IMG/VR virus record: IMGVR_UViG_3300034110_000988
Origin: an uncultured virus (IMG/VR IMGVR_UViG_3300034110_000988)
Taxonomy: Duplodnaviria; Heunggongvirae; Uroviricota; Caudoviricetes
Length of the DNA stretch: 64,000 nucleotides
Direction: 5' to 3' (one strand)
Of this stretch, positions 29,507 through 39,383 are shown in pieces (the first letter of the stretch is position 1; every line of letters starts with the position of its first letter). Under the pieces are notes generated by a model. That model made no database searches. It saw only the letters and a list, made by a program, of their open reading frames with translations, and had not been told where the DNA came from. The position numbers were made by a program, and so were the translations under genes.

Positions 29507-30367
29507 TTAGATAAGCACCATTTCAAAGATTTTCAAGCTATCTTTTAATTCTTCATACGAATAGATTTCGTTATCAACATGATCAATTGATAGGAGTTTG
29601 GTTACTCTCTTGGTTAGGATTGAGTGAAATAAAGCTTCAACCATCGTTTCATCAAACGCTTCTGCTGACTCATCATCTTTCAAGTATTCCATATGAAAGG
29701 CGTTATTTCTATCTTTCATTATTTTCATTTCAAGATTTTTTGTGTTAATTGTTACCATGCAATTGGCTATATTTAAATGATAAATGTTGCAAATTTTGTC
29801 ATCATCGCAGATTGCAGTATGGCAATAATATACAATACCCACTGAAAGACCACTTTCTTCACCGAGTCCTTTATAGTGAACTTTACCTACTGTTTTAAGG
29901 CTATCTGAAGTATCACAAAACATTATATTACCTTCATTTTGTTTTGTGTAATATTCATTAGCCACATTATTGAATTTAGAATACAGTTCTTGAGTAATAT
30001 TCAAATTATTGAAAGCATCAATTATTCCATTGATTTTATTTTTACAATACACGTCTCTATTATTAAGATTGACGATTTGACTAATTAAAGATGATTCATC
30101 AATTTCTGTATTGTTAGTTTTTATACGAAACAGAAAAGGTCGTGTACTATAGGTTTCAAAGAAAACAAATTCATCACCATTGTTTTGACGCACTTCAAAG
30201 TTGAATTTAGACTCGATGCCAGATGTGTCTTTGATGGTTATTTTACAATCAGGAACAGCACGCTTGATAGCATTAAAAATGCTCATTGTTTGTAATGTTG
30301 GATTAACAATAAAAAGATCATTCAAACAAATCATGTGGTCATTCGTTTCGTCTTCAATTAAAGTCAT
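29507..30367 (-). CDS. hypothetical protein with C-terminal MxxI motif
   Basis: ends LKIFEMVLI. Confidence 0.7.
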   Translation of the reverse strand: MTLIEDETNDHMICLNDLFIVNPTLQTMSIFNAIKRAVPDCKITIKDTSGIESKFNFEVRQNNGDEFVFFETYSTRPFLFRIKTNNTEIDESSLISQIVNLNNRDVYCKNKINGIIDAFNNLNITQELYSKFNNVANEYYTKQNEGNIMFCDTSDSLKTVGKVHYKGLGEESGLSVGIVYYCHTAICDDDKICNIYHLNIANCMVTINTKNLEMKIMKDRNNAFHMEYLKDDESAEAFDETMVEALFHSILTKRVTKLLSIDHVDNEIYSYEELKDSLKIFEMVLI

Positions 30368-30500
30368 CAGTCATCACCATTAAAATAATAGCTCCCATCA
30401 TACCAAAATGTCAGTAAAAAGTCTATCAATTACTGCTATCTTTTCATTGACCTATCTTTTAAATTTTGATATTATCAATATCTAATTTTGAGGTTTTTGT

Positions 30501-31268
30501 ATGCCCTATGATATTATCATTCCAAATAATTACAAAGATGCCGTAGCATCGGCTATTGCTGGCAAGAAGCTTACTGGTTTGAATGAGCGTGATTGTTTAG
30601 CTGTTCTTGATTCCATTGCAGAATTTGCAAGAGGTTCAGCAGAACTCTTTGGGCTTTTGGCTTCTTTAAACATGCAATATATCTGTAATAACTCAAATTT
30701 CAATGTGCCAGAAATTTCTAATAAATCAATATTTAAATCAGCCAAAATTTTTCAAGATGCTGATATATCAGTTGGCAATGTCTATCTCATCCATAATAAA
30801 CTTGTACTTGTTCGAGCAGTAGATAAAAATCGTTTTGTTGGTGTTTTGGTTACTAAGAATATTGATATCATTATAGACTGTAAAAAAGCCATGTTAATTG
30901 GTTCTTTTAAAGATCCGATTGCGATTCCATCATTTGAACTTGAAATCACTGATTGCTATGTGCTCTATACTCCAGCATTAGGAGTTTTTTGGGGTTTTAA
31001 TTGCAATGATAATGGTGATTATTTAAAATTAGATACAATTAAAGATGAGAAAACTTTAACCGAAGGTGTTATGCACTTTGTTAATGGCATAGAACATAAT
31101 TTTAATCTGCTTATCACTAAAAATCCAGATGATAAAAACAGGCTTATCGACAAAATGAAAACCGTTATTGAAAATGAGCAGTCTGATAGTGATATTTCTG
31201 CTAAATGGTTTCATTTTGATGAGATTGAATTGTTTCACATTCCTTTCAGTCAGGTCGTTAAAAAATAG
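30501..31268 (+). CDS. hypothetical protein
   Basis: GAGG RBS, 255 aa. Confidence 0.7.
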   Translation: MPYDIIIPNNYKDAVASAIAGKKLTGLNERDCLAVLDSIAEFARGSAELFGLLASLNMQYICNNSNFNVPEISNKSIFKSAKIFQDADISVGNVYLIHNKLVLVRAVDKNRFVGVLVTKNIDIIIDCKKAMLIGSFKDPIAIPSFELEITDCYVLYTPALGVFWGFNCNDNGDYLKLDTIKDEKTLTEGVMHFVNGIEHNFNLLITKNPDDKNRLIDKMKTVIENEQSDSDISAKWFHFDEIELFHIPFSQVVKK

Positions 31269-31339
31269 CAACGTCATTTTGACAAACTCATTCCATATTG
31301 TTATAATCCACAACTAATATTTAATTTTAGGAATCTTTC

Positions 31340-32080
31340 ATGCCAAGAGACATTGAGTATATCCGTCGCTACATTGGGCCAGTTTTTTTTGTTGAGAAAA
31401 AATCCATTGAATTTGGATCTGTCAGTCGCAATATAGAATCGTGCCCAAATGCAGAGTGTTCACAACACCAGAAACCTGTTCTTGGCCTACCGCATCACTG
31501 CTTTGAATGTGGCAGTAAAATTGACAATGTTCGGTGCGAAAAACAATTTGAAAAACTGCCTAATACCCATTTAAAAGATTTTTATGATAAATGCATTGGT
31601 GTATGCAATCAAACGTTTAATGGTGTTCGTTCTTTTATGGAACCTAACGTTAAATTGTTTGCTGATGACAATCAGGTAGTTTATGTTCCACGGCTTGGAA
31701 AAGATGAAGAACACTTTGCCATTGTAGGTAATAAAACTTTTGGTCATTATTGCATTAATAAAAATTGTATGTGGCATGAACGTTATGTTAATACTGAGCA
31801 TAAGTATTGTGAAGAATGTGGTGGTAAGCTGAATATCAATATCACTCATAATGTGACAGGGATCATGAAGGAACAGGCGGCTATTGATATTCTTGACAGC
31901 TATTCTCATAAAAATTATGATCATTTCGAGTTTATCGACCATCAAGCATTCATTCATTTTGTTGAAAATTATAGCCAAACCGACCGATGTAAAGAACTCA
32001 TCAGTGTTTTTGAAAAGACTTACGGTGAAGGTTGTGTTTCAATGCGGTTGGCGTTTGTGAGTTACCACTCGCATTACTAA
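31340..32080 (+). CDS. double zinc-ribbon protein
   Basis: CPNAEC..HCFECG and CINKNC..YCEECG. Confidence 0.7.
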   Translation: MPRDIEYIRRYIGPVFFVEKKSIEFGSVSRNIESCPNAECSQHQKPVLGLPHHCFECGSKIDNVRCEKQFEKLPNTHLKDFYDKCIGVCNQTFNGVRSFMEPNVKLFADDNQVVYVPRLGKDEEHFAIVGNKTFGHYCINKNCMWHERYVNTEHKYCEECGGKLNINITHNVTGIMKEQAAIDILDSYSHKNYDHFEFIDHQAFIHFVENYSQTDRCKELISVFEKTYGEGCVSMRLAFVSYHSHY

Positions 32081-32245
32081 TCAGCCTACGTTAAATAAGA
32101 GCAGTCTTCGGACTGCTTTTTTTGTTCCTAAAATAATTATAAATCGTTTACACTCAACTTCCATGTTGACTTACATGATGACTTCCGTGGTCATTGATTT
32201 TTTATTGTTTTTGTGCTATAATGGATTAACATTAAGAGGTGTATC

Positions 32246-32830
32246 ATGAGTTCAATTCTATACTTTATGCATGATCTAGCAGGTGTGGACTATTCTGTTA
32301 GTTTGCAAAAAATTGGTGAGATTGAACCTACTGTTTTTAAAACACTTCTGGATGAATTTCCGCACTGCGAAGCTATTGGTTGGGACTTTAAAGAAGTAGA
32401 TGAGCACGAAGACTTCTCAGAACAGGCTGGAGTAGACTTGGTGTTTTTTGATAATGATGAATCCATCAAATTCAACTTTGACAGTTTTTGCCCTCTTTTT
32501 GATGAATATGTTAGCTCACTCTATCCAGCCATCACACAATACTCTGTCAGCACATCCTTTTGTGAAAGTGTGTATGCGAACATGCACAATGATTTAGAAA
32601 CCATAGCTTCCCGTGGGCAGTTAATGTTTATTTATGAGAACGCTGCAGGACATGTGCTTCATTCAGTAGATGACAACGGTGTCCATCATTCAATTACCCC
32701 AAAAGCAGGCGATATTATCTTTTTGGATATATCCTGCAACCATGCTCTAATCCCTTCCAATAACAATGCTGACAGTCTCGAAGATCTACTTCCACTAAGA
32801 ATGGGACTTGTGGCTATCAATAACTTTTGA
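32246..32830 (+). CDS. 2OG-Fe(II) oxygenase/cupin-like protein
   Basis: MHND...GDIIFLD...HAL (HxD...H); paralogue of 44512. Confidence 0.6.
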   Translation: MSSILYFMHDLAGVDYSVSLQKIGEIEPTVFKTLLDEFPHCEAIGWDFKEVDEHEDFSEQAGVDLVFFDNDESIKFNFDSFCPLFDEYVSSLYPAITQYSVSTSFCESVYANMHNDLETIASRGQLMFIYENAAGHVLHSVDDNGVHHSITPKAGDIIFLDISCNHALIPSNNNADSLEDLLPLRMGLVAINNF

Positions 32831-32880
32831 TTTTTTGTTAAAATTATGATAGACTACCGACAATTACAGGAGTCTTTCGT

Positions 32881-33729
32881 ATGTATGATAACGTTTCACT
32901 AAAATCTAAAATCCATGAAAATGGGTCTAAACAAATTGTGATTAAGTCTCCGAATGGATTGATATATACAATTGTTGATAATTATCCTGATGTCTATCAT
33001 ACGCATTTAAAACTGACCTATTTAGATGACCTTATTTTTGAGCAATCTATTGATAAATTCAAAGAAGATGCTGTCTTTGACACTAAGTATTTTTCAAACA
33101 CGAAGCATCATTACTTGTTCAGAATGGATAAAGATTCATTAAAAAAATTTTTAGATGAAACGAATCGTAAAATTATTGTTCCTTTTTCACATTATTATGA
33201 TCATTATCTGTACATTGATGGATACCAATATCAATTAGATTTCTCATCTCACGAGCTAAACCTAACATCAGATATGGATTATGATAACAATAACAAACCT
33301 AACAAAGACCATAAATGGGTGTTTACTTATGATGAAGTTAGAGAAACTGCTATCGCCAGAATTGTAGATAATCATAGTAATGACAGATACACTATTGATG
33401 GATATGCTAGACCATCTGAATATAGGCACTATCATATTGTTGGTGATCATTTTCAGCTTATTGGTGTATTTAATGGTCATTTTCAAGAACTATTTTCATT
33501 ACGTTATTCACCAAAAACATTAGAATTACACTTTAAAAATGTCAAAGGTGAGTATGCGTATTTAACTAATCAGTCATTTGACGACTTAACACTTATATTT
33601 AAAAATGAGTTCTGTAATTGGTTGTCTATGGATGGTGACGCTACTGTGAAATTTGCTTTAAGTGATTATGAATTTAATGAAATATCTTTAGACGATACGT
33701 TAAATTTGTTAGAAATGGCAATTATTTAA
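32881..33729 (+). CDS. hypothetical protein with C-terminal MxxI motif
   Basis: ends LNLLEMAII; N-terminal I.S.NGL.Y shared with 60756. Confidence 0.75.
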   Translation: MYDNVSLKSKIHENGSKQIVIKSPNGLIYTIVDNYPDVYHTHLKLTYLDDLIFEQSIDKFKEDAVFDTKYFSNTKHHYLFRMDKDSLKKFLDETNRKIIVPFSHYYDHYLYIDGYQYQLDFSSHELNLTSDMDYDNNNKPNKDHKWVFTYDEVRETAIARIVDNHSNDRYTIDGYARPSEYRHYHIVGDHFQLIGVFNGHFQELFSLRYSPKTLELHFKNVKGEYAYLTNQSFDDLTLIFKNEFCNWLSMDGDATVKFALSDYEFNEISLDDTLNLLEMAII

Positions 33730-33798
33730 GACTGTTGTCTTAAAATTTTACTCGATTTTTTGTTATAATATATCCATATTAAAGGCGGAGCAATTATC

Positions 33799-34473
33799 AT
33801 GCGAACAACTCAAGACCGAATCAACATCTTACTCAGTCATTTTGGAATGGATCGAATTCGTGAAAATATGTTAAATGAAGAACTGGTATTTACAAAAGGG
33901 GCCGCATTTTCTGCAAGAGACGGCGATAATATGACAGTTATTGCTACATTTGGTTTTAATTCTAAATCTACAAGAGATGTTAACCATTGGTTCTTTAAAC
34001 CTTCCGATATCGTTTTTAAACAAGCTTTTCATAAAATTGAAAACGATGAATCCAAGTATCTACAAATTTATCTTAATCATTCTTATGATTTGATTCATAA
34101 GACAGATTATGATAAAAATAAGGCATTATTCATCAAAAATATACCTATTTTTGAAGCATTAAGCACAATTTTTGGTGGCACTATGAATCGAATTAGTGTT
34201 CATGAATATTTTGAAGAATTTAAAGGTGTTGTGTCTAACTCTTATGAAATCTTCATTCATGTTACTGATGTTTTTTGTGGTTCTTTGAATGTTGTTTTTA
34301 ATGCAACTATGGCAGATTTAGCTAATGATGATATATTTCTTACTTCTGTTATGGAGTTTATTAAAAAATACTGCAATGGTGTAGTAACTATTGATGAACT
34401 AAAAACAGATCTTGTTGGGACTATTTTAAAATTTGAATGTAACGAAAAGCTTATCAGGTTAGATTTGCGTTAA
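33799..34473 (+). CDS. hypothetical protein
   Basis: GGAG RBS. Confidence 0.7.
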   Translation: MRTTQDRINILLSHFGMDRIRENMLNEELVFTKGAAFSARDGDNMTVIATFGFNSKSTRDVNHWFFKPSDIVFKQAFHKIENDESKYLQIYLNHSYDLIHKTDYDKNKALFIKNIPIFEALSTIFGGTMNRISVHEYFEEFKGVVSNSYEIFIHVTDVFCGSLNVVFNATMADLANDDIFLTSVMEFIKKYCNGVVTIDELKTDLVGTILKFECNEKLIRLDLR

Positions 34474-34856
34474 ATCTTTAAATTCAAATTTGATGAATTG
34501 TCAGACTTATAAGCATCCAGTTTCTTGTTTACAGCAGGAGCTGGATTACTCAAAATATTCAATGAAGTCTGATCGAGGTTGAAATCTCTTAAATTGTTTC
34601 GTCTACCATCATAGAACACTTTTTCTTCTGGTACTGGCAGTTGTGAATCCTTGTAGGCTTGATATTCAATGCTGTTCATGTTTTTTGTTTCATTGTATTC
34701 TTTCTTGAACGCATCATAACTTTCGTTGTCCATTGCCATGATGATATCTTTCAATTCGTTTTTTTCTTCTGATGTGTATACCTTGTCTCTACGCTCAGTG
34801 GTTTTTAACACTTCATGAAAGGTATTAACTCTGTCTACTAGTTCAGGATATTCCAT
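34470..34856 (-). CDS. hypothetical protein
   Basis: 128 aa, TGGTATAAT promoter on minus strand. Confidence 0.65.
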   Translation of the reverse strand: MEYPELVDRVNTFHEVLKTTERRDKVYTSEEKNELKDIIMAMDNESYDAFKKEYNETKNMNSIEYQAYKDSQLPVPEEKVFYDGRRNNLRDFNLDQTSLNILSNPAPAVNKKLDAYKSDNSSNLNLKI

Positions 34857-35014
34857 AAAAATCTCTTATCGTTTATATTATTATACCATGCGAACGTTTA
34901 AAGAAAAGTAATAACATGAGTGCTTTATTATTTTGATTGAGTGTGGTATAATAGCTGCAATCAACGGGTTTACTCTGTTAGCCTATTTTATCACCTTCTT
35001 CGAGATGAAAAATT

Positions 35015-35380
35015 ATGTTAAAAGTTTTCATTTATTGGAACATCACTCGCGGCGTGTGGTCTGTTAAAGCACTGCAAGGCCCAAATCGTGGTCGAGTTAT
35101 CCAGCATGCGACTGACATCACCTTGACCGATTGTGTCTTCAAGGTATCGGAAGCTGGTCGTAAAAAAGTGTTGGCCCAAAAAGTCAAAAACGTCCATGCT
35201 GGTGTGGTGGGTTATATGAACTCACTTGTTGAACCAGACGTGTCTGGTGATGTCATTGATGTTACTTACAACCCTTATAAATTTTCGACATTTGTTAACC
35301 GTGCTAATACTGAACAAGCCGTGCATGAAGCCCGTGCAGTTAAACTTCACCAGAATCGCTCTGTTCAAGCATTTGTGTAA
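35015..35380 (+). CDS. conserved phage protein
   Basis: YWN..WS..GRVI.H..VSEAGR..VL..K.KNVHA pattern recalled from phage hypotheticals. Confidence 0.7.
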   Translation: MLKVFIYWNITRGVWSVKALQGPNRGRVIQHATDITLTDCVFKVSEAGRKKVLAQKVKNVHAGVVGYMNSLVEPDVSGDVIDVTYNPYKFSTFVNRANTEQAVHEARAVKLHQNRSVQAFV

Positions 35381-35398
35381 CCGCCATGAGTATTTAAT

Positions 35399-36151
35399 AT
35401 GCCATTGACCAAAAAACAAAAAGATAATTTGAAAAATTTTATCAAAGATAAAATCGGCGTTGATGTCTATAGAATTTCATTGTGGGACAGTCTTTATCAA
35501 AACGAGCATCCAGAAGAAGAGAACTATTCTCTTTACTGTAAAGGAAAAAGCAAAGGTGCTTGGTTACATTTAAAAAGAGAAACTGCCAATACCAATTTTG
35601 TTTTAAACTTTACTGCACCGTCGTTTGTTATTTTTTCTGACTTCTTTCATCTTATCAATAAGGGTATTTATTCCCAACTTGATGAAATTATTAACATCGT
35701 TAATTACAAAGATTTGATAGTGATTCCAGAATTCGAAATAATTGATTTGGCTTCTGGTAACTTGGATAACCTTGATGAAAGTGTTGATGTTAAATGGTCT
35801 TTTGTATTGAAATATCTTCACCTTCCCAGTGATTATTTTTTAGATTTTTCAACCTATGTGACGGAAAGTGAGAACAAAGTCATTGTTAGAGCAATGAATG
35901 AAAATATGAGTGTATTGCGTGCAGATGATGATCTTGATATTAAAACACGAGAGGTGGCTGTTTTTGATGATCAAGAAGAAGCCTTACGCTATCTCATGTT
36001 ATCGTTTATTGAGTGCATTCACTACCTTTCTAAACATAGCGTTATGATTGAACATCATCCTTATGCAGACTTTGAAAAAAATAACACACTCGCTGCTCTT
36101 ATTGAACATTATAAAAACCATCGGCTGGTTGATGATATGCGAATCATTTAA
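35399..36151 (+). CDS. hypothetical protein with C-terminal MxxI motif
   Basis: ends RLVDDMRII. Confidence 0.7.
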   Translation: MPLTKKQKDNLKNFIKDKIGVDVYRISLWDSLYQNEHPEEENYSLYCKGKSKGAWLHLKRETANTNFVLNFTAPSFVIFSDFFHLINKGIYSQLDEIINIVNYKDLIVIPEFEIIDLASGNLDNLDESVDVKWSFVLKYLHLPSDYFLDFSTYVTESENKVIVRAMNENMSVLRADDDLDIKTREVAVFDDQEEALRYLMLSFIECIHYLSKHSVMIEHHPYADFEKNNTLAALIEHYKNHRLVDDMRII

Positions 36152-36488
36152 CAAAATCGCAGCATTGTCATTTAGTTTAACAATGACATTAGATAGGTGT
36201 GTTAGCATTTAATTTGTAACATACCTTATATCGTTAGCATAATCAGGATTGGATACACTAACAAAATGACACCTAGAACAAAAATAGAGAATCCTACAAT
36301 TTTCATTTACAGTCTCCGCTTGTTTTGCCTCTATCTTACCACTGTTTTAAATAAATACAAAATAGTGAATTTCAATCCTGTCAATCAATATTTCAAATGA
36401 TTTAGTTCTTAACATTTTTCGCTATGATTGACAAAAAAGTCAAAGTCATTTAAACTGACATCAATTAAAACGTAACCGAGGATAAAAA

Positions 36489-36899
36489 ATGAATTCTAGC
36501 AAACCGTATCTTGTCAGTGCTGTCTATGAGTGGATTGTGGATAATGATTGCACACCACATGTGCTTGTAAAAGCTGATTATACTGGTTGTGATGTCCCAC
36601 AAGAGTTTGCTAAAGATGGTCAGATTGTTCTTAACGTGGCTATGATGGCGGTCAAATCGTTTGTGATGGATAAAGAAGCTCTTAGTTTCTCAGCTCGCTT
36701 CAAAGGTGTTGAACAATCTGTGTATGTTCCAATGGGTGCTGTTCTGGGTATTTTTGCACGCGAAAACGGACAAGGGATGATGTTTGAAGCCGACCCAGAA
36801 CCTGTTAAGCCAGAAGTTAAATCAGATACCGAAGTTAAAACTAATTCAGAAACGCCGTCAAAAAGTAATGTAAAACCTTTTTTGAAAGTTGTTAAGTGA
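36489..36899 (+). CDS. sspB: ClpXP adaptor SspB
   Basis: PYL..VYEWIVDNDCTPH, DGQIVLN, F.ARF, ARENGQGM, C-terminal XB motif LKVVK. Confidence 0.93.
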   Translation: MNSSKPYLVSAVYEWIVDNDCTPHVLVKADYTGCDVPQEFAKDGQIVLNVAMMAVKSFVMDKEALSFSARFKGVEQSVYVPMGAVLGIFARENGQGMMFEADPEPVKPEVKSDTEVKTNSETPSKSNVKPFLKVVK

Positions 36900-37006
36900 T
36901 ATTTTTGATGTAAAAAAAAGCCTCTTATGAGGCTTTTTTGTTGTTCTTAAAAACTCATAAATAAATGAAAATCTTGTGTTTTTTTTAATTTTTCTTAAAA
37001 AAGGTG

Positions 37007-37035
37007 TTGACTTGGGTACCGCTTTTCTCTATAAT
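37007..37035 (+). promoter_or_regulatory. sigma70 promoter of tRNA operon
   Basis: TTGACT-17-TATAAT. Confidence 0.8.
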
Positions 37036-37089
37036 TCTCACATCAAGACGAAACGGAGAAACACAATCTTGCAGCAAAAATGAGCACTT

Positions 37090-37182
37090 CCTTTGTATGG
37101 CACCTTTCAGGATAAAGGCTTCGGCCTCCCGATATAATACAAAGGTATGGAACACTACTCGGTGCATAGATAAATAGAGTAG
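37090..37182 (+). ncRNA. structured leader RNA with possible kissing loop
   Basis: CCTTTGTAT/ATACAAAGG, GGC-TTCG-GCC, CTACTC/GAGTAG; GCACC complementary to GGTGC. Confidence 0.45.
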
Positions 37183-37208
37183 ACCGCGATGATACTAGCA
37201 ATACCCAT

Positions 37209-37285
37209 GTCTGCGTAGCTCAGTTGGATAGAGCATCCGCCTTCTAAGCGGATGGTCACTGGTTCGAATCCAGTCGCAGGCACCA
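37209..37285 (+). tRNA. tRNA-Arg(TCT)
   Basis: canonical cloverleaf, TCCGC-CT-TCT-AA-GCGGA, CCA encoded. Confidence 0.95.
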
Positions 37286-37300
37286 GATTTTGATACACAC

Positions 37301-37373
37301 GGGGCTGTAGTTTAATGGGAAAACGACAGGGAGCATCCTTGTCTTCTGAGGACGACACTCAGCAGCTCCACCA
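37301..37373 (+). tRNA. tRNA-like RNA with Ala acceptor stem and non-canonical anticodon and T loops
   Basis: GGGGCTG/CAGCTCC-ACCA (G3.U70), GTTT/AAAC D-stem, GACAGGG-AGCAT-CCTTGTC, CTGAG-GACGACA-CTCAG. Confidence 0.75.
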
Positions 37374-37391
37374 GATTTATGTAACACCCAC

Positions 37392-37476
37392 GCCCGAGTG
37401 GTGAAATTGGTAGACGCGGGGGACTTAAAATCCCCTTCCTCACGGAGTGCCGGTTCGAGTCCGGCCTCGGGCACCA
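37392..37476 (+). tRNA. tRNA-Leu(TAA)
   Basis: GGGGA-CT-TAA-AA-TCCCC, long variable arm, CCA. Confidence 0.95.
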
Positions 37477-37490
37477 GATTTTAGTTTTAT

Positions 37491-37628
37491 GCATGTGTAG
37501 CTCAGTGGTAGAGCGTCACCAAGTTATGATGGGGAAACGCCCCGCAAAAAACACTTGGTTGGAGAAATGTCTCATGAGGCAGAGTATCCGTAAAGTAGGC
37601 CGCAGGTTCGAATCCTGTCACATTCACC
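37491..37628 (+). ncRNA. enlarged tRNA-like RNA (about 138 nt)
   Basis: canonical D-arm and T-arm, acceptor GCATGTG/CACATTC; about 60 extra nt in anticodon/variable region. Confidence 0.7.
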
Positions 37629-37701
37629 TTTTGTAGATGTAAAGCAACACTTCCTATATAGCAAAGAGCTATGGTGCAAACTAACTATAGAGGAATTTAA
37701 A

Positions 37702-38004
37702 ATGAAAGACGTATACATGTTGAAAGAAGTGGAAGCCGTTACTAAAATTGCTAAAAACATTTTTGGTGATATTGTTCATAAGGTTTACTATGCTGAATCG
37801 CATTATTCTACTGTTGAAGAAGCGGAAACTATCGCTAGAATTGACAGAGAAATTGCAAGTTCATTCCACACAGAGAATAGCATTGACCAAGATGGCAGAA
37901 CGATTGTCATTGAGTTTGTTAACGGTCGAAGTGTTGTGTTTTCTAACTCTGAGTGGGGTGCTATGGAAAAATTTGAGTTTGATGAGAATGTTGTTTGCAT
38001 TTAA
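37702..38004 (+). CDS. hypothetical protein
   Basis: GAGGA RBS. Confidence 0.7.
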   Translation: MKDVYMLKEVEAVTKIAKNIFGDIVHKVYYAESHYSTVEEAETIARIDREIASSFHTENSIDQDGRTIVIEFVNGRSVVFSNSEWGAMEKFEFDENVVCI

Positions 38005-38065
38005 CATCCGACCCTGTTATACTTAAAGCTTAACGAAACATAACCTTAATGAATAGGAGTTTGAT

Positions 38066-38239
38066 ATGGAAAAGCCAGTTGCTGTTGATGAATCTGCTGT
38101 TGAACCACGTAAGAGCCGTTTTGGTTCCACGCTTACCCTCAAAGGTAAAGTACTCAATACGGATACGTCGAAAGTCAGCGATGATGAATTGCTTCATCTT
38201 GCTTTGATGGCTGCACTTGCCAAAGACGCTGACCAGTAA
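38066..38239 (+). CDS. small hypothetical protein (57 aa), below ORF-track cutoff
   Basis: AGGAG RBS; MEKPVAVDESAVEPRKSRFG... Confidence 0.65.
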   Translation: MEKPVAVDESAVEPRKSRFGSTLTLKGKVLNTDTSKVSDDELLHLALMAALAKDADQ

Positions 38240-38261
38240 GGTTTATGCTGTAAAATGTTTT

Positions 38262-38387
38262 AAGAAAGAGCGATGTATGCACTACTGTTGGTAGTCTTGA
38301 ACTATCAAGGGGACGTGCCTTGCGATGACAACTTCGGTTGTTCTGAAGCGTTACTTTGGTATTGATACTAGTTAATAGCTCTATCTT
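38262..38387 (+). ncRNA. putative structured RNA upstream of tRNA-CAT
   Basis: AAGAAAGAGC/GCTCTATCTT closing stem; ACAAC-TTCG-GTTGT hairpin. Confidence 0.4.
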
Positions 38388-38470
38388 TACCGATTATGTT
38401 AGATATTGAGGCTGGTTAGTTTGTAATCCCCTCTTTATGGCTGACGTTTCAGTAGGTGCAAAGCTCGCAT

Positions 38471-38547
38471 GGGACTTTAGCTCAGTTGGTTAGAGCGTCC
38501 GACTCATAATCGGCAGGTCGTAGGTTCAAGTCCTACAAGTCCCACCA
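38471..38547 (+). tRNA. tRNA-CAT, probably Ile2 (lysidine type)
   Basis: CGA-CT-CAT-AA-TCG anticodon arm as in enterobacterial ileX; G1-C72 paired; CCA. Confidence 0.85.
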
Positions 38548-38623
38548 GATTAGTAATGTGTTTAATAGAAATCCACTTTCGAGTGGATTTTTTGTTTTCA
38601 GATATTAATCAATTTTAACTGCA

Positions 38624-39361
38624 TTATATATAGTACATTTCAATTAAATTAATGTTTTTCACAATGGCTTCTTGTGAACATTCAATACCTAATTCGCTTA
38701 ATTCTTTTTCATAAATTGTATAGTTTAAATACATGTGGATAATCTTTCTTTCATAACCAGTAAAGTTCTTGTAGTTATCAGCATTTATGTTAATAGGTTT
38801 CAATAGTTCGTTGTATTCTCTCTGCGTATATTTTATTTTCTCATTGTTCGGTTTAGAAACTATCCACACTGATTGATCTTGAGCAATTGAACCATCATCA
38901 TTATAGATAATTTGCTTTGGTAATGTGTACGAATTTAGTCCATCTATTTCTTTGGCTGAGTAATAATTATATTCTTTGTAATTTTGATCATCAAACATAA
39001 AGCTTCCATAGACTTCTCTTTCTACTTTTCCATTTTTTATGATGATATGCACTGGTTTGGTATAATCATATCTCGCAAAATAACCTAAGCCACCTATTAC
39101 ATATTCAATCTCAGTTATCTGTTTTGTTTTGTAATCTACGCCTATTTCAGTAGGTAATTCTTTGTCGTAATAGGGAATGTTTTGAATATCAATATTATAA
39201 TCAGACATCTCAAAACTTATAGATGTTTTCTTACTTTTTCTCATTCTACTTTTTAATATATGTTTAGGAATAGTTGCGATCTTCAATTTACCATAATAAA
39301 TATCAACAGCATCTGTTAAGCCGAGAGTTGTCTTGGTCTTATTTTTTAACCACTGTAACAT
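38624..39361 (-). CDS. hypothetical protein with C-terminal MxxI motif; tandem paralogue of 39384
   Basis: NIPY.D, SYT.P; ends INLIEMYYI. Confidence 0.75.
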   Translation of the reverse strand: MLQWLKNKTKTTLGLTDAVDIYYGKLKIATIPKHILKSRMRKSKKTSISFEMSDYNIDIQNIPYYDKELPTEIGVDYKTKQITEIEYVIGGLGYFARYDYTKPVHIIIKNGKVEREVYGSFMFDDQNYKEYNYYSAKEIDGLNSYTLPKQIIYNDDGSIAQDQSVWIVSKPNNEKIKYTQREYNELLKPININADNYKNFTGYERKIIHMYLNYTIYEKELSELGIECSQEAIVKNINLIEMYYI

Positions 39362-39383
39362 GTTAAATCCTCTTTTTATTTTT

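Noticed and set aside
36985..37760. Minus-strand ORFs over tRNA clusters (also 40647-41042, 49371-49571, 62138-62488)
   Set aside because: Antisense translations of tRNA genes.
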